Of a DNA stretch of 64,000 bases, positions 1 to 13,080 are shown one piece after another (position 1 is the first letter of the stretch; every line of letters begins with the position of its first letter). The notes beneath the pieces are model-generated. The model made no database searches, was not told the origin of the DNA, and saw nothing but the letters and a program-made list of their open reading frames with translations. A program made the translations under genes and the position numbers. Source of the stretch: Carcharhinus amblyrhynchos. Its lineage: Eukaryota. The stretch is taken from NCBI GenBank assembly GCA_965287045.1, contig OZ336874.1:90024001-90088000 (forward strand), read 5' to 3'.

Positions 1-160
1 GCTGGGTCAAAGTCCTGCAACTCCCTCCCTATCAGCACTATGGGTGTACCTGCACCACACAGACTGCTGCAATTCAAGAAGGCAGCTCACTGTCCCCTTC
101 TCAAATGCAATTAAGGATGGGCTATACATGCTGGCCTAGCCAGCAATACCCACATTTTAT
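1..160 (+). mobile_element. 3' end of a CR1/L2-group LINE (old shark family); tail resumes at 461-477 after a SINE insertion
   Basis: GCTGGGTCAAA.TCCTG.AACTCCCT...TTCAAGAAGGCAGCTCAC...GATGGGC...CCCACAT motif recurs at 30730-30905, 42310-42480 and (minus) 59490-59560. Confidence 0.75.
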
Positions 161-460
161 AGAATCATAGAATCTCTACATTGCAGAATGAGGCCATTTG
201 GCCCATCAAGCCTGCACTGACAACAATCTCACCTAGGCCCTAACCCCATTACCCCACATATTTACCCTGCTATTCCCCTGACACTAAGGGGCAATTTTTT
301 ATGGCCAATCTATTTAACTGCGCATCTTTGGACTATGGAAGGAAACCAGAGCGCCAGAAGGAAACCCACACAGACATGGGGGAATATGCAAAGTCCACAC
401 AGTCCCTGAGACTGGAATTAAACCCAGGTCCCTGGAGCTGTGAGGCAGCAGTACCACCGT
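161..460 (-). mobile_element. HE1-like V-SINE (CR1-type tail)
   Basis: Reverse complement of tRNA-like head, V-domain and ...CTGCAATGTAGAGATTCTATGATTCT tail. Confidence 0.85.
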
Positions 461-2296
461 ATGAATGAATAGAAAAGATACTGCTCCTTAAAAATTGTAT
501 CTAATGAGCATTCGAGTGCTCAACTTCGATTTAGTACCTTCAGACAAATTGAAAAGATACTCAGCAATTAGAACCAAATTTTGTGGCAGTCTAACTTTCA
601 TATAAGCATGTCTAATTATTTCTGGACACATTTTGTGTCTAATTTCATCCTTTGGCAAAATTAACCCCCATTGAAATTTCCATACTGTAATCAGCCACAT
701 GTTGGTTTGCAGTGCGAGGTTGATTATCTTGAAAAAAAGGCCTGAGTAAATCATGATCAGCTGGACACTGGTACTGACTCCTGCTACTGTCCCCCCGCAG
801 ATCTTTCCTGGCCCACTGCGCTACTCGAGTAGTGCAACAGGCTAGGAAAATCATGCCCTAGATTGCAGTTTAAAGGACATTTTTAATGCTCTTATAGAGT
901 GATCCATTTAAAGTTGGCAACACCTTTGAGACTAGTGGATTTATTTCAGAGTGCATTTCCCTCTTTTTATGATATCAACTGAAAAAGTACTGATTGTGCC
1001 TGCCATCTAGGATCAATCAGTTCTAATATTGGCCATGTTAATTGTATGTCAAAGAAGGACTGTAAACTTATCCATTTTCTCAAACTACATGCTTAAGCTA
1101 GCCTTAGAAATGACACTTTGTTTACTAAACAGTAACAATAGCTGATAGAGGTGCTAGCTGTGTACTTTTGATAGAACCCAAAGGAGAGGAAATTAAATCT
1201 TTTGGTGATAGAGTGTTCAAGGATAAAAATGGCATTGTCACAGAAGATTATTTCACTTCATGTTTTAAAATAGATTAAATTAATAAGCAAAGAAAATAAT
1301 ATGCAAACTGAATTATTACACCCACAAGCCCAAGGTCATGCCTGCCATTTTCTCAAATTCAGACTTCAGTTGTAATATTTTAATTCATTATTATATAGAA
1401 AGCTGCCATTTTCCTCATCATTCTGAGTGAAAATATTCTAGCCTTATAAATCATTTGTAGGATTATCATCTTACAGTTTGTCAATAGAGTTGACCAAAAT
1501 ACAATGTTATCTTGTCACTAATCATGTCTGCTTAAAAGTATGTTATTGAAGACTGAATGAAAACAAAATGCCCAGTAGAAAAAAAGAATACTGGGTATTT
1601 ATAGTATTTAAAAAAATATTTTACAGTACATTGGCATCACTGGCTAGGTAACATTTTTGTTACCTTTGAGAAGGTGGTGGTTGTAGTATAAGAGTCTGAC
1701 ATAGAAAGAGTCAATGTGGGACTGGATACAGTGCTGCTCATACTAGGCAGATATCTGGATCTGCACTAATCTGTGCATGATCAAGAGCATGGACATGGGG
1801 CAGGGTAGTGGCCGCTGACAGCTACCTCTTGTCCTTGCTGCTGACCCTCATGGACCCTCTTTCCACATGATCCCTCCTCCATGATACACGCCCCCCCCCC
1901 AAAACCATTTACCTTTTCCCTGGGTTTCTCCACAATCCTGGGAATCCAACAAGTGTTATTCCAGTTAGAGCCACAGCCATGGCACTGCTGAGTGGAAAAA
2001 CTACCAGCCTCTGATTGATGTCCTCAGTCTGAAAGGAGCACTGTTGTTTACTTAACTTCCTGTTGGTAGAAGATATAGTGGCCCTTCCACCTCAGAGTCA
2101 GTGGTAACATCTTGCTGCTTTTTCAGGCAGTAGGTAAGACACCTGCCAAGATTGAAGATTCTGCCCATTGTACCACACACACACACCCAGATGATTTGCT
2201 TCAAGCAGCAGTTCACTATAAATTTAATTTTCAATCAGCTGTGTTTATAAATTTTTAAATAAATTTCTGTAGTACAAGTGCGGCACAATGGCCCAG

Positions 2297-2612
2297 CAGG
2301 GCAGTATTGTGGCACAGTGGCTAGCACTGCTGCCTCACAGCACCAGGGACCCGGGTTCCATCCTCGGCTTGGGTCACTGCCTATGTGGACTTTGCACGTT
2401 CTCCCCATGTCTTCCTGGGTTTCCTCTGAGTACTCTGACTTCCTCCCACAGTCTGAAAGATATGCTGGTTAGGTGCATCAGCCATGCTAAAATTCTCCCT
2501 CAGTGTACCCGAACAGGCACTGGAGTGTGGTGACAAGCGGATTTTCACAGTAACGTCATTGCAGTGTTAATGTAAGCCTACCTATGACACTAATAAATAA
2601 ACTTAAACTTAA
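2297..2612 (+). mobile_element. V-SINE with alternative (AATAAA-bearing) tail
   Basis: A-box TGGCACAGTGG, B-box-like GGTTCCATCC, V-domain, tail TTTTCACAGTAAC...TATGACACTAATAAATAAACTTAAACTTAAA. Confidence 0.85.
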
Positions 2613-3045
2613 ACCAAGCTGTAATATGTGGTTGCATTAAGCTCATCTGGTAACCTGCTGACAATATACTCTGACTCAGGGCAATCTTCAGATCAGGAAT
2701 TGGCTTTGGCAAATCTGCTTAGATGACTCAAAAGTTATCGCATTTAGATATGAAATGAAGGTTTAATTTGGACTCGGTTGCAAAAAAGAAGATATGTACG
2801 ATCTCTGAGGATGACACTTAACTATCAAACAGGAGCAGACTTGTCAGTGTGATTTTCCATCAGGTACTGATAATGCTATATAAAACCAGCAAGGCCATTT
2901 CAATGACTACCAGTATAGTTACATTTTAAAAATGGCTCTGGTAAAACTTTACAATGAGTTATCAAATTTACCTCATTTTTTAAAGACTTTGTTTTCAATT
3001 TAACCCAATTATTATCTTCTCCATGAAAATGCAACTCATTATATT

Positions 3046-4175
3046 GGGTGGGACTCTCCCAAAAAAATTCTAGGTGTTGAATTTGCATAAAAACTGGAGT
3101 AAATCCTGCTGGTTTTTTCAGCGGGACTTTGAAAATGAATCTCCCACATTCTCCCATGAAGAGTCCCAGAATGTGAATATCATTAAAAATCAGGTGGGCA
3201 GGACCTATTCCTGCCCGAGAGACCAGCAGCATAGTGCTGAGTGGACCACTATCAGAGCGGAAATCAGCGCATGAACAGTACCAGCTTCCTATTCACTGGC
3301 CAGCTTCGATTGCTGGCCAGCCCCATGACCCCCACATCGCTGGCTAGGCGACCACCCCACACCAGAACACTGGCCTTCCAGAAGCATCCAGGCCAGCCTT
3401 AATCTTTCTACCCCCGCCCCTCCCCCTCTCCCCCAGCCTACCTCGATCTCCCCCTCCTCCCATCTCCGCCACCAGCGGTCCTGACCTCTGCACCCCACTG
3501 GTAGCCCCCACACCCCACCCTCCCCTCCCCACTATCCTGACATTCCTCCCCGCAGCCCTGACCCCTCCGGCAGGCCAACTACCCATCCCGATGGCCAGCC
3601 CCTATCGTTGGCTTCCGCCCCTCTGTCACTGCCAAGTGTCAGTTTGACTTACCGGGACCTCTTAACCCCAACGACCTCAGCCCAGATGCCCTGCCCTTAT
3701 TGGCCCCACCTCCCCTGGCCACATCCTTGACACTGCCTGATGCCTGGTGGGCAGTGCCAAGGTGCCCCCTTGGCATTGCCATTTTTCCCATTGGGCAGTG
3801 CAGGGAACCAGGCTGGCACTGCCTGACTGGCAATACTCATGAGGCAAATCCCCAACACCTAAACTCTTGGGGAGGCCTCCATGGCCCCGTTTACTTCAAT
3901 GGGGTCATGCTGCCAGCTCCCCACAAGTGGAGAGCTGTTGTAAACCCCACTGGAGTGAAACACTCTTGGCAGGGGGGAGACTCTAGCAGACCCGGAGACT
4001 TCAGTCCTGAGCCCTCTAATGATATTGGACTCGTCATTTAAATAATTTATGCAGCTCTGCGCTGATTTCTAGTGCGGAGTTGATGGCACCGGAATTCCAG
4101 TGCGAGGCCTTGGCACCCAGCAGGAAGCCTGCACACAGCCTCTGCTTGAGTCTCCCAGTCAGTTGTGCTGCTAAT
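3046..4175. mobile_element. Non-autonomous DNA transposon with GC-rich low-complexity interior
   Basis: 3070-3250 is clearly homologous to 63786-63975; a TGCCAAGGTGCCC block recurs at 42655-42700. Confidence 0.6.
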
Positions 4176-5045
4176 GCATTTTACACAATTATGTATAAAA
4201 GCTATGATTGCTGATACAATGCAGGTAAGGTATATTCTCTGTTATTCAGGTTTTAAATCATACTGTGAAATACGCATGCACGCGAAATTCCTCTTGCTGC
4301 TATTTTAACTGACAATTTTAAGCTTAATTCTTTTGGTATAACCTTGAAGAAAGGAATTATATTCAGACAAATTAAGGACTCACAAAATACTCTTTCAAGG
4401 CCATCACATTTACTACTTGATCATTCTTACATCAATAATTTTATTATTTTTCTATTGAACGTTTTTCTCCTTAGTAAATAGTGTCTTTCGTAGATGCATT
4501 CATTTTAACATGTTTGGTTGAGTACAATTTAAACTGAATATTAAATGTTTCTGGCATTTAGTGGCCACAAAGTGGCACTTTACTAAGAAGTGTTCCAAGT
4601 TGTTACTTACCACACCCCATAGTTAGCACATGTTGCAATTTTAGTGATGTTTTTTGAAGTGAACAGTATTATCCAAAACTACAATAGTGAATTAATAACA
4701 AATCTACACAGTCCTTAACTTTCACTAAAATACAGTTAAATCTGATGTTACAATACACAATTATATGTACAAATACTGTCACACAAAGGTCTGTAGAAAC
4801 ACAGTGCCCTGGCAGTACAGTGATGCTGCATAATGAAGCTCAGATGTATTTCATAAATAAATGTGGCATGTGGGTTTTCTCGGTCAATTTTCTCATTGAT
4901 GAATTCTTAACCTCAGTTGTACAGCTACCATATAGTCGAAGCAAACATCCTCTGATGGCTGCAAGATGCCCAGTCAAACCAGTAAGCTGACACAGATGAG
5001 CTGCAGATTATGTCGATGTTATAGAAACATAGGCCTGAATTTTAC

Positions 5046-5150
5046 ACAGTAGTAGCAGATAGTGCTGCTTCACAATGCCAGGGACTCAAGTTCGATTCCC
5101 AGCTTGGGTGACGATGCGGAATCTGCATGTCCTCCCTGTTTCTGTGTGGT
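5046..5150 (+). mobile_element. V-SINE 5' half (split by CR1 insertion)
   Basis: tRNA-like head with GTTCGATTCCC; V-domain interrupted, resumes at about 6483. Confidence 0.75.
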
Positions 5151-6482
5151 AGATAGTTGAGTCATGTTGAGATCAAAAAGGAGGAGGTTTGGGGTTCTTG
5201 AGAAACATTAAGGTAGAAACGCTCAGGTAAGTCCCCAGAGCCTGATGGGATATATCCCAGAATACTAAAAGAGACAAGGCAGGAAATTGCTCGGGCCTTG
5301 AGAGAAATTTTTGTATCCTCACTGGCTATAGGGGAGGTCCCATAAGATTGAAGAATAACCAATGTTGTTCCATTGTTTAACAAGGGTAGCAAGAATAATC
5401 TAGGTAATTACAGGGGTGATGAGCCTTATGTCAGTGGTAGGGAAATTATTGGAGAGGATTCTTCAAGACAGGATTTAATCCGACTTGGAAATAAGTGGAC
5501 ATATTTGCAAGGGGCAACATGGTTTTGTGATGAGGAAGTCATGTTTCACTAACTTGATTGAGTTGTTTGAGGAAGTGATTGATGAGGGTAGGGCAGTGGA
5601 TGTTATCTATATGGACTTCAGTAAGGCTTTTGACAAGGTCCCTCATGGAAGACTGGTTCAGAAGGTGAAGTCGCACGAGATCAAAGGTGAGCTGGCAAGG
5701 TGAATACAGAATTAGCTCGGTCACAGAAGACAAAGGGTAGCAGTGGAAGGGTGTGTTTCTGAATGGAGGGATGTGACAAGTTACGTTCCTCAGGGATCAG
5801 TGCTGGGACCCTTGCTGTTTGTAATATATATAAATGATTTGGAGGAAAATGTAACTGGTTTGATTCGTAAGTTTGTGGACAACAGAAAGGTTGGTGGATT
5901 TGCGGATAACGATGAGAACCATCAGAGGATACAACAGGACATAAGTTGGTTGGAGACTTGGGCGGACAGGTGGGAGATGGTGTTTAATCCAGACAAATGT
6001 GAGGTAATGCATTTTGGAAGGTCTAATAGAGATAGGAAAATATACAGTAAATGGCAGAACCCTACAGGTACACAGGTCACTGAATGCAGATGGAGAAGGT
6101 AGTCATGAAGGTATACAGCATGCTTGCCTTCATTGGCTGGGGCATTGAGTTTAAAAATTGGCATGTCATGTTGCAGCTTGAAGAGCCAATTATGAGGGGG
6201 CATAGGTTTAAGGTGTGAGGGGCAAGGTTTAAAGGAAATGTAGGAGGCAAATTTTTTACACAGCGAGTTGTGGGTGCCTGGAACTCGCTGTCGAGGGAGA
6301 TAATGGAAGCAGATACAATAGTGACTTTTAAGGGGTGTCTTGACAAATACATGAATAGGATGAGAATAGAGGGATATGGTCCCTGGAAGGGTAGGAGGTT
6401 TTAGTTCAGTTGGGCAGCATGGTCGGTGCCAGCTTGGAGGGCCGAAGGGCCTGTTCTGTGCTGTAATTTTCTTTGTTCTTTG
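5151..6482 (+). mobile_element. 5'-truncated CR1/HER1 LINE, degenerate RT region
   Basis: ORF pieces QHGF..KSC.TNL, DFSKAFDKVPH, VPQGSVLGPLLF; tail GGGCCGAAGGGCCTGTTCTGTGCTGT..(TTCTTTG)n. Confidence 0.9.
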
Positions 6483-6670
6483 TTTCGTCTGGATGCTCCA
6501 GTTTCCTCCCACAGGCCAAAGATGCGCATGTTAGGCGAATTGGCTATCGCAAATTCTCCCTCAATGCACCTGAACAGGTGCTGGAATGTGGCGACTAGGG
6601 GATTTTCACAGTAACTTCATTGCCGTGTTAATGTAAGCCTACTTATGACACTAATAAATAAACCTTAAAA
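6483..6670 (+). mobile_element. V-SINE 3' half, AATAAA-type tail
   Basis: GCTCCAGTTTCCTCCCACAG...GGCGACTAGGGGATTTTCACAGTAACTTC...TAATAAATAAAC. Confidence 0.8.
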
Positions 6671-6671
6671 A

Positions 6672-6900
6672 CATGCACCCAACCCAAAAGAGTGTAAAAG
6701 CTTGTGAGAAGACATCAGGTGTGCATTCCAACATCATTGTACACTCGCGTGATTACAGTTGATGAGTGCAGCCAGGAGTTGGGCATGTGCCAACTAATAA
6801 TTAATCAACCAGCTAAGGCAATTAAAAGGACAATTCAAGACAATTTCACGTTGCCCATATGATTCAGTAGTCATTGTATGAGCGACACAGCTTGGCAGTC
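6672..6900 (+). mobile_element. Harbinger-type subterminal fragment (TIR-like start at about 5032)
   Basis: Resembles the reverse complement of 46130-46350, which abuts a Harbinger transposase remnant. Confidence 0.45.
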
Positions 6901-6924
6901 ATTCTGTTTTTTCATTAAGGATGG

Positions 6925-7189
6925 TGCAGTAAGGGATGGGGGATTTCCCAAGTGCCACATGATTGGCAAGGCCCCTGGATCACCCTGACAGGAAGCTAAG
7001 CCAGTCGGCAGGAACGAGTATACTACGGGTCGAGAAGAGACTCGCAGTTGGAGCCAGGGAGTCGAGTAGAGCAGTCGCGTTGTAATTTACCATGAACTTC
7101 TGTGTACATTATTCACTATTTGTCAATAAAACCTTTGTTGATTCAAGCCACATTGTGTCGCCGTCAATCTACTATATTGGTGATAAGGT
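6925..7189 (+). mobile_element. Gypsy-type 5' LTR plus primer-binding site
   Basis: Termini TGCAGT...ACTATA (decayed TGTAGT/ACTACA), internal AATAAA, followed by TTGGTGATAAGG (CpG-decayed TGGCGACGAGG) and a gag ATG at 7282. Confidence 0.6.
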
Positions 7190-7281
7190 AAAACATCAAT
7201 GTCTTCAGGGATCACGGTGTTCATCAAGAGGGAAAACTAGAATGTGAGAGTAAGAAGAAATAGGGTATAATCAATTAGCAA

Positions 7282-9220
7282 TGCTTATAGTTGGAAAAAT
7301 CAAGCCATTGAGCCCTAAGTAGATAACTTGATCAATTGGGCCAATGGGCTAACGAATGGCAGATGGGGTTTATTTTAGACAAATGCGAGGTGTTGCATTT
7401 TGATAGAGCGAACCACGGCAGGACTTATTCAGTTAATGATGGGGCGTTGGGGAGAGTTACAGAACAAAGAGATCTAGGGGTACATGTTCATAGCTCCTTG
7501 AAAGTGGACAGGGTAGTGAAGAAGGCATTTGGCATGCTTGGTTTGAACGGTCAGAACATTGAGTACAGGAGTTGGAATGTCTTGATGAAGTTATACAAGA
7601 TATTGGTAAGGCCACTCTTGGAATATTGTGTGCAATTCTGGTCACCCTATTATAGAAAGGATATAAAAAGAAAACAAGAAAGAGTGCACAAAAGATTTGC
7701 TGGGATGCTACTGGGACTTGATGGATTGAGTTATAAGGAGAGGGTGGGTAAACTGGGGCTTTTTCCTCTGGAATGTAGGAGGCTAAGGGGTGATCTTATA
7801 GGTCTGTAAAATAATGAGGGGCACAGATCAGCTGGATAGTCAATATCTTTTCCCAAAGGGAGGGGAGTCTAAAACTAGAGGGCATAGGTTTAAGGTGAGA
7901 GGGGAGAGATACAGAAATGTCCAGAGGGGCAGTTTTTTTCACACAGAGGGTGGTGAGTGTCTGGAACAAGTTGCCAGAGGTAGTAGTAGAGGCGGATACA
8001 ATTTTGTCTTTTAAAAAGCATTTAGATACTTACAAGGGTACGGTGTGTATCGAGGGATATGGGCCAAATGCTGGCAACTGGGATTAGCTTAGGTATTTTA
8101 AAAAAAAGGGCAGCATGGACGAGTTGGGCTGAAGGGCCTGTTTCCATGCTGTAAACTTCTATGATTTATGATTCTATGACTCTAACTGGGGTTTATACAT
8201 AGAAAGGCTGTGTTATTTCTTTGTGTTGAATGAAAGGACTGCTGAAGAAAAGTGAAAGATTATTTTGCTAACGGTCTATGGTCCACAGTTTAGTGAGAAC
8301 ATTAATATCGTCAGATGCTCCAAACACAAATTGTTTTGACCAGGTGTGGAGCTGGTCAAAATCATTTTAGCCTTCATCCCTCAATATTAAGCTAAGGTAC
8401 AAATTTCATACAGCATTCTGTGAGCCAGAGGCTCTCAGGCTTTGTGGCAACACTTAGGGGACTGGCAGAACACTGTGAATTTAGTCCAGCATTAGCAGAA
8501 ATGTTAAAGGATAGATTAGTCTGTGGTATAAATAGTTTAATAAAATAAAAAGTTACTGGCGGACACCAAAATTACTTCAGAAAAAGTTGTGGAGCTCACC
8601 CCAGAGACTGAATGCTTGGAGGAGAACGTAACAGAGTTGCAAGGTTTACAAGGCACGCTGAACGAGCTCAAATGTTTGTGGTGGGAAACGGCTGTTGTAC
8701 AAAACAGCCCAGGTGCAGGCGCAACATAGAAGAATTGAAACAGTGAAGGCTAAGGTATATTTTCAATGTGGGGGAAAACACTCTCAAGAAGTTTGTTAGT
8801 ACCAGAATTATGTGTGACTCAAGTGTAGCAAAAAAGTGGTTTCATACCGTCGTACAGAGCATAGCAACCAGTACAGTCAGTAATAAGAAAGATTAGTTAA
8901 TTCCGTTAAACAATTTGGATGAAGAGCCTAACAAGGGATTCGAGTCATTCGAATAAAGATAACTTTACTGGTAAATAGTTAAACACTCAGGATGGAGTTG
9001 ATACAGGGGCACTGGCCACAGTAAAGGGGAGCAGACATTTTGTTATCTTGACGAAGGAGTTTAACCATTCACATTAAGTGAGTCAGGTACCATTTTGTCC
9101 ACATATAGTGGCAAGACACTGCAGACTTTAGATGCAGCATCAATACTATGGCATATCAGAAAAAAAGTGGCTAGTCACAGACCTTGTTTAATGGGTTGTG
9201 ATTGGTTGAGGAATCAATAC
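7282..9220 (+). pseudogene. Degenerate Gypsy gag-protease, interrupted by CR1 at 7329-8182
   Basis: Manual translation: MLIVGKIKP..|NWGLYIERLCYFF..KIILLTVYGPQ; LLADTKITSEKVVEL; zinc-knuckle remnant CGGKH; protease VDTGA; CLMGCDWLR. Confidence 0.75.
7329..8182 (+). mobile_element. 5'-truncated CR1/HER1 LINE
   Basis: ORF 7336-7809 (WQM.F..DKCEVLHF, LVRPLLEYCVQFWSP); (CTATGA)-type tail; TAACT target duplication at 7324-7328 and 8183-8187. Confidence 0.9.
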
Positions 9221-9241
9221 AGATTCCGTACTGTAGGGATT

Positions 9242-9427
9242 CTATGATTCAGGCATTATGAGACTGAAAATCAGATTATGAGTTTGGGTCCCACACCTAC
9301 CCGAAAGAATTGTCTTGTGCTTCACCTCCTCTCCTATTTTGTTCACTTGGAAGTAATACCCAAGGCACTCTACATATTGTTCCCCCGCAAAGAAATCAAA
9401 TGGATCTATCCATCGAAAGAGGGACAC
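9242..9427 (-). pseudogene. Gypsy gag N-terminal fragment
   Basis: ORF MSLFRWIDPFD..EQYVECLGYYFQVNKIGEE..ILSGRCGTQTHNLI, similar to the gag start at 7282/8185. Confidence 0.65.
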
Positions 9428-9744
9428 CTTGGTAAATACCCTTTTCTTATCTCAATTTCATTGAACTTAAAATTTAAATGGATCTTTCTTATCTTCAGAT
9501 CAGAATAATATGTGGCTTGGAGGGGAACTTGCAGATTGGGGTGTTCCAATGGTGTTCCTATGCATCTTAATTTTGTGTTCTTTTTTTTTACAGGGAGTCA
9601 GTATGTCCAGTAGGAATGCAACTCAGATACTGAGAAAGCAGGATAATTACTCATTTTAGCCATATAGCATTTATTTAGCAGAACGTTAATACATTCTTAT
9701 TTATAATTAAAGAGGACTCCAAAGGATTTTGATTAAAATAATGG

Positions 9745-10455
9745 AAGGTGAATTAAGGTATAATGACTCCGAACATTGAATACAGTAGTTGGGACGTCTT
9801 GTTGAAGTTGTGCCAGACATTGGTAAGGCCACATTTGGAATATTGTGTGCAATCCTGATCACCCTATTATAGAAAGGTTATTATTAAACTAGAAAGAGTG
9901 CAGAAAAAATTTATTCAGATGCTACCGGGATGATGGATTGAGTTATAAGGAGAGGGTGGGTAAACTGGGACTTTTTTCTCTGGAGCATAGGGGGCTGAGG
10001 GGTGATCTTATAGAGGCCTACAAAATAATGAGTGGCACAAATCAGTTGGATAGTCATTATCTTTTCCCAAAGGTAGGGGGTCTAAAACTAGAGGGCATAG
10101 GTTTAAGGTGAGAGGGGAGAGATACAGAAGTGTTGGAGGGGCAATTTTTTCAGACAGAGGATGATTTAAGGTTTAATGTGAGAGGGGAGAGATACAAAAG
10201 TGTTCAGAGGGGCAATTTTTTCAGACAGAGGATGGTGAGTGTCTGGAACAAGTTGCCAGAGGTAGTAGTAGAGGCAGGTACAATTTTATCTTTTAAAAAG
10301 CAGTTAGACAGTTACAGGGGTACGATGAATATAGAGGGATATGGGCCAAATGCAGGTAATGGGGTTAGCTTAGGGGTTTAAAGAGAAAGGGTGGCATGGA
10401 CAAGTTGAGCTGAAGGGCCTGTTTCCATGCTATAAACCTCTATGACTCTATGAGT
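9745..10455 (+). mobile_element. CR1/HER1 3' fragment with an internal ~69-bp tandem duplication
   Basis: Near-identical family to 7329-8182; 10100-10165 is repeated at 10169-10234. Confidence 0.88.
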
Positions 10456-10940
10456 CATGTAATACTAGATTAATGGGAGGAGCAAGAGGAACAGCTTGCT
10501 GTTTAGTTTCTGACTAGCGCTTTTTAAAGACAGAAATCTGCTCTCTGTTCACAAAATCTTTTTGAAAACTCCAAGGCTGTTAACCCAAGTTAAAGCAAGT
10601 ATGTCTGTGTTTGCTAATGATATTTAAAGTAGGTTTTTGTCTATAGGAAGACTGTTGCATGCTTAGGACTTATATAGTGATAAATTAGAAATTAGAGTTG
10701 GTTTTTTGATGTTTAAAGATTATTCATCTGTTAAAAATTAAGCTACTTTATTTTGTTTCAGCGATATTTAACCTGTGCAATGAATAAAACTTACCTTGAT
10801 AAAAAATCCCTAATTTGTCAGTAGAATCATTCCTGGAGCAAAGCATTCTATTCTCACATTGATGCCAAAAAATTAAAAAAATGTTGGGGTCCAACCTGAA
10901 GTCAGAATGTACCTTGGAGTTTGAGACCTGCACCCTAACA
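10456..10940 (+). mobile_element. LTR-like remnant
   Basis: AT-rich with AATAAA, ending ...CCCTAACA; similar architecture to 40563-41801. Confidence 0.4.
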
Positions 10941-11535
10941 CATGCCAGTAGTGGAGGGAGTGGATATTGAATGTGGTGGATAAGGCTCCAGTCATGCAGG
11001 TTGTTTTGTCCTGGATGGTGCCAAGCTTCTTGAGTGTTGTTTCAGCTGCATTCATCCAGGTAATTGGAGTGTATTTCATCTTGTAATGGGGGCAAGGCTC
11101 TGGGGAGTCAGGAGATTGAGTTGCTCTCCGCAGAATTCCCAACTTCTGAACTGCCCTTGTACCTATAGTATTTATATGACTGGTCAAGTTCAGTTTCTGA
11201 TCAATGATAACACCAAGACATTGATTGTGGGGATTCAATGATGGTAATGCCTTTGAATGTCAAAAAGAGATGGTTGGATTTTCTCTTGTTGGAGATAGTC
11301 ATTGCCTGGCTCTTGTGTGGTGCAAATGTTACTTGTCACTTATCATCAAATCCAAATGTCATCCACGTATTGCAACATATGAACATGGCATGCTTCAGTA
11401 TGTGAGGAACTGCAACTGGTGCTGACATTGTGCAATCATCAGCAGCATTCTCACTTCTGATGTTATGATGGAGGTAGGTCATTGATCAAGCAGCTGAAGA
11501 TGGTTGGGTCTAGGACACCACCCTGAGGAACAGTT
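10941..11535 (-). mobile_element. CR1/L2-group LINE ORF2 fragment (family of 1-160)
   Basis: ORF 10873-11238 LGVIIDQKLNLTSHINT..RAVQKLGILRR..TTLKKL.TIQDK. Confidence 0.8.
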
Positions 11536-12769
11536 ATGATACTTCATCATTATATTTAAATCAGGCTCACACAATGCATTTGAAACTTGTTTTAAATTTA
11601 ACATCTGAAAGCAAGTTTTTGCCAGAGATCACTAGAAATGGCAATAAAATTGAGGCAAAAGCTGTTTGCTACAATAGGTTAGTGCTTTAGAGAGCACTCC
11701 TTGCTGGCCAAGGGTACAAGTGTACTCCCCACAATGCCTCAAGGCAGCTATTGACCTCCCTTCTGCCGATCACGGCCTTTCCTCACTATTGCGATGGTGA
11801 CTTTTCCCAGAAAGCTCTGATCATAAGCTTCTCGCTGGGCTTTGATGAGCACAACGTCCTACAAAATGTGCCTATTACAAGCCCAAATCTATCCTGCTTA
11901 TCAGGGTCCACTCCAAGGATCCCTTATTGTGGCCTTCTGCTGACAATTTTCCTTGTCAATCTGGCTAGTTGCTGAATATCTAGTGGAAGAGGAAAACGTT
12001 ATTAATATCAACAAAACCTCTACAGCCTTCCCGGATTTTAGATGCACTGCAGGATTTCTTCACTTTAATATTACATCTCTGTAAATATCAGAGCTAAAGG
12101 CAGTCTTCATTCACCTCTGAGGAATATAAGGACAGGAGCAGATCATTCAACCTGCTCTGCCATTCAATTCGATCATGGATGATCTTTACCTGAACTTCAT
12201 TTACCCACCTTAGCTAACAAAAATCTATTGATCATCCTCCCTTCCTCTTCATAGTAGCACTTTTCACCTGCTCCCTCATTTGCCAGTTAACATTTCACCC
12301 ATTCCCAACAATTCATTTTGACATTTTCTCCCCTTATTCTTTAGTTCTTATTGGCATTCTTACCCCTTCTCCTTAGTCCATGTCGTCAGTTGTGTTGGAA
12401 CATAACGTACACACTAGTGCTCTTATCCCTGCTCAAGTTAAGCTGACATCCTCCTGATTTCTCAGTTCAAGCTGATATATTCTTTGCCCTCTCAACATTC
12501 ATGCTGATATTTTCCTCTCTCCTTTCCCAGTTCACAATCTGCAGCCTCCCCTTTTCTCAGTTCATACTGGCTTCCATTCCCTTATCTTTATAGTTCAAAA
12601 CATTGGTTAACATTGCTGATTGTCCTTTCCTGAAGATGTACCTATTTCTTTGAGGAAATATTTTTCCAATACTTAAAATTCTTGCAGTTTGCAAACAGGA
12701 ATGCCTCTTCCTGAAATCACTATAGCCTAGGTTCTTAACTGATGCTGCCAATATTCTAAGAGATGACAA

Positions 12770-13080
12770 GGTCCCCATGTATTCTGGACATATTCTCTTC
12801 CACCTTCTTTTCTCAAGAAAAAGATACAAAATTCTGAGAACATGTACCAACTGATTCAAGAATAGCTTCTTCCCTGCTGCCAACAGACTCTTGGATGGAC
12901 CTACGATATATTAAGCTGATCTTTTTCTATACCCTATCTGAAACTACAACAGCATATTCTGCACCCTCTCCTTTCCTTCTCTCCTATGTACTCTATGAAC
13001 GGTATGTTTGGTCTGTATAGCGCGCAAGAAACAAAACTTTTCACTGTGTCTCAAGACATATGACAATAATAAACCTAGTC
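12770..13080 (+). mobile_element. Rex1/Babar-type LINE 3' end
   Basis: AAAAGATACAAAA..CTGAG..CA.GTACCAAC.GA.TCAAGAA.AGCTTCTTCCCTGCTGCC; tail TTTTCACTGT...TATGACAATAATAAA; homologous to 57630-57841. Confidence 0.75.

Noticed and set aside
1225-1415. Cluster of three YY1-like AAAATGGC motifs
   Set aside because: Short motifs in AT-rich DNA with no promoter or CpG-island context.
2297-2375. tRNA gene
   Set aside because: A and B boxes belong to SINE heads that run into the V-domain; no full cloverleaf or terminator.
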